The notes beneath the pieces were generated by a model, which was not told the origin of the DNA, did no database searches, and was given only the letters and a program-made list of their open reading frames with translations. The position numbers and the translations under genes are program-made. A stretch of DNA of 64,000 nucleotides from Eledone cirrhosa (lineage: Eukaryota): positions 68,014,001 to 68,078,000 of the forward strand of contig OZ024745.1 of NCBI GenBank assembly GCA_964016885.1, read 5' to 3'. Positions 13,530-26,296 of this stretch are shown in pieces. Position 1 is the first letter of the stretch. The number at the start of each line of letters is the position of its first letter.

Positions 13530-13865
13530 GCACACGCATATACGCATACACAAACATACAAATATACACATGCAAATATATACACACACATGGACACACA
13601 CATACAGGCACACACACACAAACACACACACACATATGCAAGCACTCATACATACACACACACAAACACACGCACACACACAAATACACGCACACACACA
13701 TACACGCACACAAGCACACACACACACAAGCACACCCACACAAGCACACACACACAAACACACACGCGCAAGCACACACATAGACGCACGCAAGCACGCA
13801 CAAACAAGCACACACACACGCACAAGCACACACACAAACACACACGTACACACACACAAACACAT
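13530..13865. repeat. Degenerate (CA)n tract
   Basis: Read directly. Confidence 0.9.
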
Positions 13866-14331
13866 CTTTCCCACCAGTATTCTTTCCTCTACCATATCGG
13901 GAATCATTGATTGTCTAAATTGGAAGCCTGTATCCAACGCTGCCATTACTGTGTCTTTGGAGGCCTGTAACTAAAACCAACATTGCCGTGTTATTGGAAG
14001 CCTGTAACCAACGCCGCCATTATTCACAAATCACATCATATTTCAGAAGTGTACTTGTTTGGAAAATGATTTGATCTAAGACCTTGTATTGAAATTAAGG
14101 TTATTACATGCAACTGAAACAATTACATCATAATGGTGCCATTTAACAAATGTGTTATATCCAGTTTTCATTATTTCGTCGTGTTAAAAGGTGACGAAAT
14201 GTTGGCACTACGAAACACATGAAAAATAGCGACCGATGACAACTTCGTTTTCCGTCTTTAAGGGTCTTCAGCCAATTTTATAAGCTATTTCATAGTATCT
14301 TCGCGCATGAGCACACCATTCTTTATATTAA

Positions 14332-14432
14332 TATAATTGTTTCTACTTTTTGGTACAAAGCCAGCAATTATCCCAGTGTATTACTGGTACTTTATTTTAT
14401 CGACCAGTGAGGATGAAAGGCAAAGTTAACCT
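14332..14432 (-). mobile_element. SINE S1 3' fragment
   Basis: ccagcaattatcccagtgtattactggtactttattttatcgacc as in the other S1 copies. Confidence 0.75.
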
Positions 14433-15321
14433 TTATATTAATATAATAATAGTTAAATTAGTTGAATTACTTAAATCTATATTTCGCTAGTTTCATCTAG
14501 TTTTATCTGCAAATTTAAAACACAAAACTATTTAATAAATGTTGTGTATATCCAGTTTAGGATAGGTACACAGTATCCATATATGTCATAAGACACGACA
14601 CAAAGTGTTTGCGCCAAGAATATTACCTCTAAAGGAAACCATGATGAATATAAAGCTTATCATGGGGTTTGCAAGGTTAATCTTAGCTTTAGCAATGAAA
14701 ATGGCCATAAAATGTTCGTTATTGTCGTCGTATTACTCAAAACTACAGATTGTACGAAGGGCTGACATCAATAAAAAAATAACAAAAATACCCGACCACA
14801 AACTATTGCTTCCAAAACGACACCATGATAAGTATAAGTCATGTCAGAGTGTCTGCAATATTAGTCTCAGCTTTAGTAACGACGACTACCTTAGAATGAT
14901 TGTTTGTACTGTTTTACATACAAAAGTAGCTTCAACACATGTGTTGTCGTGTTAACCCTTCTCTTTTTATATCCGATAGTCCCGAATGTCTCAAAAGCTG
15001 CAAGCGTGGAATTACATATCACAATACAATTGATAGCTACAAGGATACACGGCTTTCATCATTTGTTTGATCTATTCACAAAGAATTCCTATCAATTCCC
15101 CTACGTGACTTAAAGGTAATAGCTTCTAGTGCAATGTAATAAATACTAAATATATCCGCCAGAGCAAGAGTAGATTACTATCAAGAAGTTGTAATAAAGA
15201 GACTAATAACACATTAGATATTTTCTTTTATATGACGAAACCAATGCATTCATTATTAAGTCCTATCTAACTAGACCACTCTTGCTCTATAGCTTCCACA
15301 TTTTACCGTTTTGTACAGACG

Positions 15322-15697
15322 CCACACGCATACATACACATGTGCACACATACACACACACACACACCCACACGAACACACACATATACAAACTCACACA
15401 CACGCACGAACACACAAATACACACACGCACACACACACATACACACACACACACGAACACACATTCATGCATACACATACACATACCCATAGACATACA
15501 CACTCATACACATTCACACACACAAAAACACACACACACACACACATGCATACACATACACATACGCACACGAATACGCAAACACACACACACATGCATA
15601 CACACACATGCATACACACACACACACACATACGATCACACACAAACACACATACACACATACACACACGCATACACACACACACATACATACACAC

Positions 15698-15730
<33 letters not shown>

Positions 15731-16690
15731 GTCTCTCTCTCTCTATCTATCTCTATCCCCCCTTCCTCTTTCACACACGCATACATATACACACACATAC
15801 ATACACATACACATACAGACAGTCTCTCCCCCTCTCACACTCTCTCCCTCTCTCTCTCTCTATCTATCCATCACTATCCCCCCTTCCTCTTTCACACACG
15901 CATACATATACACACACACACACATACATACACGCATACACATACACATACACACAGTCTCTCTCTCTATCTATCTCTATCCCCCCCTTCCTCTTTCACA
16001 CACGCATACATATACACACACATACACATACACATACATACACACATACACATACACATACACACAGTCTCTCTCCCCCTCTCACACTCTCTCCCTCTCT
16101 CTCCCTCTCTCTATCTATCTATCTCTATCTATCTATCTCTATCCCCCCTCCTCTTTCACACACGCAGCATGCATATACACACACATACACATACATACAC
16201 GCATACACATACACATACACATACACACAGTCTCTCTCTCTCTCTCCCTATCTATCTCTATCCCCCCCATACCCCCTTCCTCTTTCACACACGCAGCATA
16301 CATATACACACACATACACATACATACACACATACACATGCACATACACACAGTCTCTCTCTCCCCCTCTCTCTCTCTCTCTATCTATCTCTATCCCCCC
16401 ATCCCACCTTCCTCTTTCACACACGCAGCATACATATACACACATATACACATACATACACACATACACATGCACATACACATACACACAGTCTCTCTCT
16501 CTCTCTCTATCTATCTATCTCTATCCCCCCTCCTCTTTCACACACGCAGCATACATATACACACACATACACATACATACACGCATACACATACACATAC
16601 GCACAGTCTCTCTCCCCCTCTCACACACACTCTCTCTCTCTCCCCACTCTCTCTCTATCTATATACCCCCCCCTCTCTTCCTCTTTCTCT
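15322..16690. repeat. (CA)-rich tract followed by a microsatellite-derived minisatellite (about 8 units of roughly 100-130 bp)
   Basis: Recurrent anchor cctctttcacacacgca separated by CA, CT and TATC runs. Confidence 0.85.
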
Positions 16691-16939
16691 TAACAGTTTG
16701 TCATTGATTGAAAAGAAAATTACTGATTAAGAAATATGAAATGAGTGAAACAAAAAACTATTTCCGAGCCTATATTTGACAGTTTAAAGCTAAGTATTTT
16801 CGTTTGAAATCTGGAGTCACTGAGAACATGGCGAAACCTATTAATTATCTTCTAACAAACGGACAAGAAGAGCTGGGGGGGGGGAGGGGGGGCAGAGTGG
16901 GGGGCAGAGTGGGCTTGGAGGTATGGTAGGAGTATAATA

Positions 16940-16951
16940 TAATGACGATGA

Positions 16952-16982
<31 letters not shown>

Positions 16983-17005
16983 GATGATGGTGATAATGAA
17001 GAAGG

Positions 17006-17037
<32 letters not shown>

Positions 17038-17230
17038 GTGGTGGTGATGATGATGGTGATGGTGATGGTGATGATGATGATGATGATGGTGATGATGATG
17101 GTGATGCTGATGATGGTGATGGTGATGATAGTGATGATGGTGATGATGATGGTGATGGTGATGGTGGTGGTGGTGGTGATGATAGTGATGATGGTGATGA
17201 TGATGGTGATGCTGATGATGGTGATGGTGA

Positions 17231-17262
<32 letters not shown>

Positions 17263-17560
17263 ATGGTGATGATGGTGATGATGATGATGGTGTGGTGATA
17301 ATGATAATGATGACGACGTCGATGATGATATACGATGCTGATGATGGTGATGGTGATGGTGATGAAGATGTTAATGATGAAGATGTTAATGATGATGATG
17401 ATGATAATGACGATGATGGCGACGATAATGATGATGATGATGATGATGATGATGATGGCGACGATAATGATGATGATGATGATGATGAAGATGACGACGA
17501 TGGTGAAGAAGATGATGAAGCTGAGGACGACGATGATGATGATGATGGTGGTAATGATAA
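16940..17560. repeat. (GAT/GGT)n tract
   Basis: Read directly. Confidence 0.95.
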
Positions 17561-17599
17561 CCATGGTTACCACCATCATCATCGTCGTAATTATCCTTT

Positions 17600-18600
17600 T
17601 CACAACTACCATCCCCACCACCACCACCACCACCACCACCACCACCAATAACAACAACAACAACAACACCATTAATACTAACACCACCGTCACCACAATC
17701 ACCACCATCATCACCACCAACACCATCAACACTACCATCCCCACCACCACCACCAACCACCACCACCACCAATAACAACAACAACAACAACACCATTAAT
17801 ACTAACACCACCGTCACCACAATCACCACCATCATCACCACCAACACCATCAACACTACCATCCCCACCACCACCACCAACCACCACCACCACCAATAAC
17901 AACAACAACAACAACACCATTAAACACCACCGTCACCACAATCACCACCATCATCACCACCAACACCATCAACACTACCATCCCCACCACCACCACCACC
18001 ACCAATAACAACAACAACAACAACAACACCATTAATACTAACACCACCGTCACCACAATCACCACCATCATCACCACCAACACCATCAACACTACCATCC
18101 CCACCACCACCACCACCACCACCACCACCAATAACAACAACAACAACAACACCATTAATACTAACACCACCGTCACCACAATCACCACCATCATCACCAC
18201 CAACACCATCAACACTACCATCCCCACCACCACCACCAACCACCACCACCACCAATAACAACAACAACAACAACACCATTAATACTAACACCACCGTCAC
18301 CACAATCACCACCATCATCACCACCAACACCATCAACACTACCATCCCCACCACCACCACCAACCACCACCACCAATAACAACAACAACAACAACACCAT
18401 TAATACTAACACCACCGTCACCACAATCACCACCATCATCACCACCAACACCATCAACACTACCATCCCCACCACCACCACCAACCACCACCACCACCAA
18501 TAACAACAACAGCAACACCATTAATACTAACACCACCGTCACCACAATCACCACCATCATCACCACCAACACCATCAACACTACCATCACCCCCACCAAC
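17600..18600. repeat. Minisatellite, about 8 units of about 120-130 bp built from ACC/AAC/ATC triplets
   Basis: Recurrent attaatactaacaccaccgtcaccacaatcaccaccatcatcaccaccaacaccatcaacactaccatcc. Confidence 0.9.
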
Positions 18601-18669
18601 ACTCCCGACAACTCCCACCACCACCCTCATCATCATCCGGTGCAGTAGTAGCAGAAACAAAGGCGTAGT

Positions 18670-18689
18670 CTTCTCTCTCACCCTGGCTC

Positions 18690-18735
<46 letters not shown>

Positions 18736-18758
18736 CCCTCTCTCGCTCTCTCTCTCTT

Positions 18759-18820
<62 letters not shown>

Positions 18821-19129
18821 TCTCTCCACCATTAATCACTCCCTCTATTATCTGTCCCTCATCACTATCAACATCAGCAGTACCATCAATATCATCATCA
18901 TCGTCATAATCAACCACACCATTAGCACCACTAACACCATCATCATCATCATCATCATCTCCACCACCACCACCACCACCACCACCATCATCATCATCAT
19001 TATCATCATCATCATCTCCACCACCACCATCATTATCATCATCACCATCATCATCATCATCATCATCATCTCCACCACCACCACCACCACCATCACCATC
19101 ATCATCATCATCATCTCAATCACCACCAC

Positions 19130-19170
<41 letters not shown>

Positions 19171-19210
19171 CCACCACCACCATCATCACCATCACCATCA
19201 TCATCATCAT

Positions 19211-19242
<32 letters not shown>

Positions 19243-19270
19243 CCACCACCATCATCATCATCATCACCAT

Positions 19271-19334
<64 letters not shown>

Positions 19335-20495
19335 GTATATCATCATCGACGTCGTCATCATTATCATTATCATCTTCATCTTCATCTTCATCTTCAGCAA
19401 CATCATCACCTGCATCATCATCATCATCATCATCGTCATCATCATCATTATTCGTCATCAACCTTATCAACCTCATCATCATCACCATCACCACCATCAT
19501 CATCATCATCATCATTATCAACAAGTGAAATAGCTTTCTCCCCTCTTCTTTCTCCCTCACTTCTTTTACTTCATTAAAAAGTCACCAAATAATGCAACAG
19601 CAGCAACAAACAGCAGCAGCAGCAACCGCAGCAGCAACAACAGTAGTAGCAGCAGCAGCAGCAGCAACAACATCAGCAGCAACAGCAACAGCAGCAGCAG
19701 CAACTGTAGCGATGCTGCAGCATCATTATTCTGACGAGAGTGCAGCAGGTGCATCAGTCTTCTGCATCTTGCTGCCTCCTGCCATTTTCACCCCCACTCC
19801 TATCGTTATCACCCCCCACATCTATATCGTTTCAGTAGCATCACTACTATTACCATCATCATCACCGCCACCACCACCACCATCACTACCATCACCATCA
19901 CCACCACTACCATCACCATCACCACCACCACAACTACCATCACCATCACCATCACTACCATCACCATCACCATCACTACCATCACCATCACCACCACCAC
20001 CACCATCGCCATTACCATCACCACCACCATCACCAACACTACCACCATCACCAACACTACCACCACTATCACCACTACCACCATTACCACCACTACCACC
20101 ATCACCAACACTACCACAACCATCACCACTACCACCATCACCACCACCACCATCACCCCTACCACCACCATCACAACCACTGCCATCACCACCACCACCA
20201 TCATCATCATTATCATCATCATCATCTCCACCACCACCACCATCACCGCTACCACCATCATCACCACCACAAACACCATCACCATCACCACCACCATCAC
20301 CACCACTACCACCACCATCACCACCACCGCCACCACCACCACCACCACAAACACCATCACCATCACCACCACTACCACCACCATCACCACCACCATCACC
20401 ACCACAATCACCATCACCATCACCACCACCATCACCACCACTACCACCATCACCACCACCACCACCACCACCACCACCATCTCCACCATCACCAA
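18670..20495. repeat. Low-complexity field: (CT)n, (ATC/ACC)n, (CAG)n, (ACC)n
   Basis: Read directly. Confidence 0.9.
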
Positions 20496-21789
20496 AATTT
20501 GTTCGACAAAACTCAGCAATGCATCGTCCTGCGCGCATCTCGGACAAAACCACCTGACAGCCTTTCCGTGCCCGCAGAATTTGTCACGGACCTGCTGTTC
20601 CTCTCCTCGGTAAGATAGCCAAGGACAGACTGGTCAGTTCATGTGGGTCGGCGTCTAGAGTTTCTTCGAGAACGTCGTCGCTCTTACCACGCAACTAATC
20701 CTCTATAGAACACTAACATCGGATTTCCATTGACCTCATTTCCCAACTGGTAGAAAGCTATGAACACCTGACAACATTCCAGATGACAAGCGCCTAATTA
20801 CAGTCTTCACTTTACCCAAGACTTGCAGTTGAGACAATGACGCTCACATGTTCATCGTTTAAGAATATTTGCAAATGCCGTAGCCACAGCGCGTCGTGCA
20901 ACGCCGTGGAAAAAACATGGACAAGCCTCGACAGATGCCAACTTGCACACCCACCGATTTGTCTGGGTTTATCTTTGCAGCGTTCTAACGGCTCTATCAA
21001 TTCACCACTCACAATGAGTACATACTATTGCTAAACTCCAAATCTAAATAACATCGTGTTGTTTTTAAAGAAAGGAAATTGCATGGAGTATATGTGTATT
21101 TGAAAAAGAAAAAAACATTAGTGATTTAAGAGGTAGTAAAATAGTGGCTAACACGACTTGAAACCTAGTCGACGACTCAACCACATTTACTAGAAAGACA
21201 TGTAAGATGTGTAAATGTTTTAACCCAAAGCAATTTCCACACCAAACACAGTATGTTCACAAACAGAATACATATTTTTTACTGGTGTCGTAATATATAA
21301 AAATACCAGATGCTTTCAAAACACCAGCACATTTTTGGTGATCCAAACTATTCTTGTAAATCAAAGACAACACGACAGAGGTATCATATCCCTAAGGGGA
21401 ATTTCTAGAGATTCAAAATTTCTATAATATATTTCCTGATCACGTAATGTTATTAACTTATATTTTAACCCCAACTAGTGTACACAGTAAGACTAACTAT
21501 TCTTTTTTACATACACATAATAGATAAGAAATTGAATATAGTAATGAAAAGAGAGAGAATACAGAGAAAAACGTCTGAGGTTTTGGAATGTTTGAGCAAT
21601 TGTATTTTTGATTAGTTGCTCGACTGTTCTTATGATTTGTCTATTGTAAGCCTCTAGAGTGTTGGTGTCAGTGTGTTACACTATTTACTTACCCCACTTT
21701 ATTATTTAACATTTCTGATACCAAACTGCTTGAAACTATGCCTGGTTCTACGATACAAAACTAATGCTAATATTTATCTAACAACGGGA

Positions 21790-21985
21790 AGTGGATTGGT
21801 AGAGTTGTTAGACCATCGGACAACATGCTTTGCGGCATGTAGTTACGGTTTTTTATGTTCTGAGTTCAAATCCCACCGAGGTTAGCTTTGCCTTTCATCC
21901 ATACGAGATTGATAAAACAAAATACCAGTAACGTACTGGGTCAATTTAATCGACCTTTCTCTTCCCTTCAAATTGTTGGTAGAAA
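21790..21985 (+). mobile_element. tRNA-derived SINE, S1-related
   Basis: gtggattggtagagttgttag head, gagttcaaatccc B box, gcctttcatcc...aaataccagta body. Confidence 0.75.
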
Positions 21986-22929
21986 CAAATATTTATCTAA
22001 AAACCTTCCATCATAATTTTATCTAAGAACCTTGATTAAGTTATGTTCCAAACACTAGCTTAATAATAAGAAAGGTAATTACAAATTCTTGAATATTTTG
22101 ACAATCATTTGGAAATAATTGGTCGTGCTTTTGCTTTAAAATATGGTAAGAAAAGATTTAATTTCAAACTCTGCTGCCAGGATCTGATTGTCAGATTAAT
22201 TGTCTTGCAATATTTGTTCTAGCTCTCTGAGTTCAAATCCTGCCGAGATCGATTTTGCAGTTCTTCTTTTCAGAGTCAATAAAGTATCAACTCAGAGGGG
22301 TGGATCGACAAATTGCTGGAAATTCGAACAGCATTTCATGTGGTATCTGTTTCGACTCATTGCGTTCTGAGTTCAAATTGTGCCCCCCCCCCTCCCCCGC
22401 GTCATCAATTAAAAGTTGATATGATAGAAGTGTGGCTCATACGAGATGCAACGGCATGTGAATGAATGGAAAATATTGTTTTAGTTCTGTAAAGTAACCG
22501 GTGAAAAATGTTATTCTTTTGAAATACAAGGTTGTCATATATGTAAAAAACAAGGTTGTCATATTTGTAAAAAAGTGCCAGGAAATTAAATTCGTTGAAA
22601 ATGAATGTATTTTTCAAGTAAATGCTGGAGAAACGTAAAGTAGAAAGTATGCACATAAACAACAAGCATCGGCAAAAACTTATGAGGACTCATACAAACT
22701 GTTACGCATGCATGCCAACACAAGAGCAAGAATGAATGGTTCATTCTACTGACATGGCTATAAAATTGAGGCTTGCTTGCATAATTGCAAACGAATCGAA
22801 TGTTATTATTAATATTCGAAAAACTCAGATTACATTTATTGTATTCAGCCATGTAGAGCGAAAAAGTTTTCTTTTTTATTTGAATTTGGCAAAGCCGGCC
22901 ATTTATCGCTCGTATACAGGAAACTGACT

Positions 22930-23030
22930 GGCCAGTCTGCTGATATGCAAATCTGGCCGATCAGTGGATCTGCTAATATGCAGATCTGACTGATCAGCCA
23001 GTCTGCTAATATGCAAATCAGGCCGATCAG
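22930..23030 (+). promoter_or_regulatory. Three 33-bp repeats, each with an octamer or near-octamer (ATGCAAAT 22945, ATGCAGAT 22978, ATGCAAAT 23011)
   Basis: Motifs read directly and largely retained in the 37.9 kb copy; function inferred. Confidence 0.45.
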
Positions 23031-23097
23031 TCACTGTGTATTTTTGAAAATAACATATATTTTCACTAGCCCTGACAGTTTGGCAGGTGAACAGTGA

Positions 23098-23143
23098 ACT
23101 GTACTGATTAAGGGTGATGCCCAGAAATATTAGTGTCTGCAGT
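23098..23143 (+). ncRNA. Hammerhead ribozyme motif (G8U in this copy)
   Basis: ACUGUA-CUGAUUA-AGGGugaugCCCA-GAAA-UAUUAGUGUC-UGCAGU; the sister copy has CUGAUGA but lacks stem II. Confidence 0.65.
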
Positions 23144-23514
23144 TCTGTTCACATGCCAACACAAGAGCAAGAATGAAGTGTTCATTCTACTGACATGGCT
23201 ATACAATTGAGGCTTGTTTGCATAATTGCAAACGAATCGAATGTTATTATTAATATAAAAAAAACTCAGATTACACACACATATATATATATATATATGT
23301 ACATAAAAAATATACTCAGACGCTTTGATTACCTGTACAGGCAATATTTATTAGAATGTTGTCATGTCGAATGTGCATTTCTCTCTCTCCAGATCTCTAA
23401 CGGAGAAAGAGAAAGCATTGAGAGAGAGAAAGAGAGAGTGAAATCGAATCCAGTGCTTGAGTGGTATTTCATTTATCGGTTTTGAAATGAAAAAATGCAT
23501 CGTTTTGCTGATAT

Positions 23515-23725
23515 AGGAACAATGCCAACAATTTTAGGGGAGAGAGAGAGGGGAAAGTCGATTAAATCTACCCGCGTGCATCACTGGTACTTTATTTTAT
23601 CGACTCTGTAAGGATGAAAGGCAAAGCTAACCTCGGCGGGATTTGAATTCCAAACGTAAATGGACGTAACTATATGTCGCAAAGAATGCTATCCGACACC
23701 CTACCGATACTGCCACTCCGCCATT
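23515..23725 (-). mobile_element. SINE S1
   Basis: Aligns with the 12.6 kb copy over its full length. Confidence 0.8.
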
Positions 23726-24009
23726 TTATCCTAGAAATACATTAATAAACAGCATATCTGTTATTTATAAATCTCCCCACAGAAATAGGCACTGCTAATA
23801 ACATAACACATTGCTATAAAAAATCCACATATACCATACTCTGATCACGAAGTGTAATAAAACATTTTCTGGCACATTTTAACGATTCTTATTTTGAAAT
23901 CTCTACACACAAAGCATTATCTATTTAGAATGCCTGAAGAAGTATACTATGAATTAGATTCCACCTGTAGCACATTGATTAATGGTCAGAAAAAATAATT
24001 TGCGGCTTT

Positions 24010-24150
24010 AGTTCTGGATTTAAATCCTGCCAATATCAACTTTGCCTTCCATCCTTCTGGGGCTCATAAAATAAAGTAAAGGGGTTGATTCAATCGACTT
24101 TCCACATCCTTTCAAATTGCTGGCATTGTGCCGAAGTAGACACAATTATT
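24010..24150 (+). mobile_element. Degenerate S1-related SINE
   Basis: aaatcctgcc...ctttgccttccatcctt...aatcgactt. Confidence 0.6.
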
Positions 24151-24297
24151 ATTTACATAATTCGTATTTTTGGCCCAAATATTTCATTACTTACGTTGTT
24201 CACTGATAAATCTCCGCATTTGAAAACCTGGGAGTTCTGACACCTTCCTCAATTATTATAGCATTATTGTAACTAACACACTCAAGAGGAGGAGGAG

Positions 24298-24436
24298 TTC
24301 TTCTTCTTCTTCTTCTTCTTCTTCTTCTTCTTCTTCTTCTTCTTCTTCTTCTTCTTCTTCTTCTTCTTCTTCTTCTTCTTCTTCTTCTTCTTCTTCTTCT
24401 TCTTCTTCTTCTTCTTCTTCTTCTTCTTCTTCTTCT
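24298..24436. repeat. (TTC)n microsatellite
   Basis: Read directly. Confidence 0.97.
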
Positions 24437-24888
24437 CATCGGAGCAGAGTCCTAGCCCGAATGATTGAAACTTTATTCTTATTTTATTACCTTATTTATT
24501 TTCGTATGTTAACATACTTTACATTTCATCTGTAACCTACATTTTACCTTTCTCAATGAACTCTAAAAATTTATAGATTTGGGAAATATTATTAGCATCA
24601 TTATGAAAAGAGATTTTCACACAATTTAGCTGAGCTAAACATATTTAATATGATTCATCATCTTATTTAATATGATTCACCAGTCTACCACCCCAAAACA
24701 GGAACGGGTTTCCAAACAGTTTTCAGTTATCAAATTTTATTCATAGGGGTTTGGGTCCACTCGAAGTTGTAATAAAAATACTTTCTCAAAATCTGCTTAG
24801 TAGGATCAAACCCGGAATCACATAGCCGCGAACTTCGTAACCACTAAGAATAAACTCATGGTATGATAGCAATAAATACCAGAGTGTA

Positions 24889-25422
24889 ATGTTCATCGAT
24901 GCAACCCCTAGAGGTGAATTAGCTTACAAATTTAGAAGGGCCCTAAATAAACATAAACTCAATATTAAGATAGTAGAAAGACCAGGTACCTCCGTAAAAA
25001 CACTTATTAGCAAGACATACCCTTTTCAAAGACCCTCATGTATAGATAAGAAATGTATAACCTGTAAAATAAGCCCCCATATTAACTGTAAAACTAGAAA
25101 TGTAGTGTATAGCATAAGATGTACTGAAGGACAATGTAGAGACAAAAATATAGTTTACATAGGTGAGACAGCTCGTAGTGTAGGGGAACGGATAAATGAA
25201 CACTGGCGAGACCTTCAAGATAGTAAAGAATCATCTGTACTCTACCAACATGCTAAAATAGAACACAAGGGTAAATTAGAGAACACAAAAATAAAAATAG
25301 AATCTACACACAGAAAAGACGCAATGTTTAGACAAATTACAGAGGCAATAAACATAAAAGAATTACAACCAAAATTAAATAGAAAATATGAGTGGAACAG
25401 CAACATCACAACTTACAATTAA
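24889..25422 (+). CDS. Penelope-like element GIY-YIG endonuclease, C-terminal part of a truncated ORF
   Basis: Cys-rich linker (CxxxxCxxC...C), NVVYSIRC...C...YIGET.R...R..EH, RQITEAI...LN; frame stays open about 16 codons upstream of the ATG. Confidence 0.85.
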   Translation: MFIDATPRGELAYKFRRALNKHKLNIKIVERPGTSVKTLISKTYPFQRPSCIDKKCITCKISPHINCKTRNVVYSIRCTEGQCRDKNIVYIGETARSVGERINEHWRDLQDSKESSVLYQHAKIEHKGKLENTKIKIESTHRKDAMFRQITEAINIKELQPKLNRKYEWNSNITTYN

Positions 25423-25623
25423 GGACAAAATGAAAACACACACACACATAGAACAAACAACCAACCAGTAACATGTAAATAAACAAATAAATAAATGAAC
25501 ATAAACACACACAGACACCCGGATGTGGCGCATGCGCAGACTGAGCACACAACACACACACAGAAACAAAATGGCGTAGGACAGAACAAAGGAGAGGCAC
25601 AGAAACAAAGAAAGGAATCCCCA

Positions 25624-25666
25624 GTCACTGAAGAGGTCACAGAGTGTGTGACGAAAGAACTATGAC
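25624..25666 (+). ncRNA. Minimal hammerhead ribozyme in the PLE 3' repeat
   Basis: GUCA-CUGAAGA-gGUCACagaguguGUGAC-GAAA-GAACUA-UGAC; decayed homologs at about 57180 (+) and 42340-42385 (-). Confidence 0.75.
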
Positions 25667-26129
25667 AATATATAAACAACTATCTGGTTGTGGAACCAAC
25701 CAACCAGAAATTTATAAATTTATAAATTTATTATAAATTTATTATAATAAATTGAAGTGAAAGCAACTGGTGCGTGTGTTTCTTATTGGCAACATGACCC
25801 TCCCAAAGTATAACAATATCGGTTTCAACACACGATTTCAGATAAAGAATCTTGCTAAACAAATTCAGAAACGAAATATATATATATGTATGCACACACA
25901 CATATATATATGTGTATATTTGTATATATTTGTCTGTCTGTCTATCTCTCCCTCTCTTTACATATATATGTTTAGTTTTAATCTATTAATGAGCTCATTT
26001 GTTTTTTTTCTTTTCTCGTGACAAACAATACAGCGATCTTCTGTTGTCAATAGCAACACATACAATAACGTGCTGTTTTCCTCATTGATATCTCATATTA
26101 ATGACTATCCCTATTACAAAAGTTCAATG

Positions 26130-26195
<66 letters not shown>

Positions 26196-26203
26196 AAGTA
26201 TGA

Positions 26204-26296
26204 CCCCAACGGCAGAGCTCAAGCCGTTTCGACGGCTATTTCTGGACTAAATTAGAATTTTAGCCTGGTGAATAAATAGCCGAACTTTTCAAGAGG
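26204..26296 (-). ncRNA. Hammerhead ribozyme, U3-A8 core, long stem II
   Basis: CCUC-UUGAAAA-GuuCGGCUAUUU...AAAUAGCCGuC-GAAA-CGGCuugagcucuGCCGUU-GGGG. Confidence 0.7.

Larger units (their letters stand above)
22711..23275 (+). mobile_element. Retrozyme-like element, family D: about 1.3 copies of a 441-nt monomer with HHR and octamer repeats
   Basis: Direct repeat 22711-22834/23152-23275 (offset 441); HHR at 23098; ends at a CA/TA tract; second copy at 37.6-38.0 kb. Confidence 0.75.
24846..25878 (+). mobile_element. 5'-truncated Penelope-like element: GIY-YIG domain plus 3' repeat (pLTR) with HHR, ending at (TA)n
   Basis: GIY-YIG ORF, HHR at 25624, near-identical partial copy at 56.77-57.38 kb. 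Confidence 0.88.

Noticed and set aside
14605-15113. 116-aa and 69-aa non-repetitive ORFs
   Set aside because: No recognisable domain, non-ATG starts and no supported splice structure
15282-16730. Long His/Thr-rich ORFs in three frames
   Set aside because: Translations of CA/CT repeats that lack stop codons
19592-20557. 321-aa Pro/Ser-rich extensin-like ORF
   Set aside because: Made of CAG and ACC/ATC microsatellites and open on the opposite strand too; no domain evidence
20500-21030. GC-richer stretch possibly from a CR1/L2-type LINE
   Set aside because: No convincing motif could be read across frames
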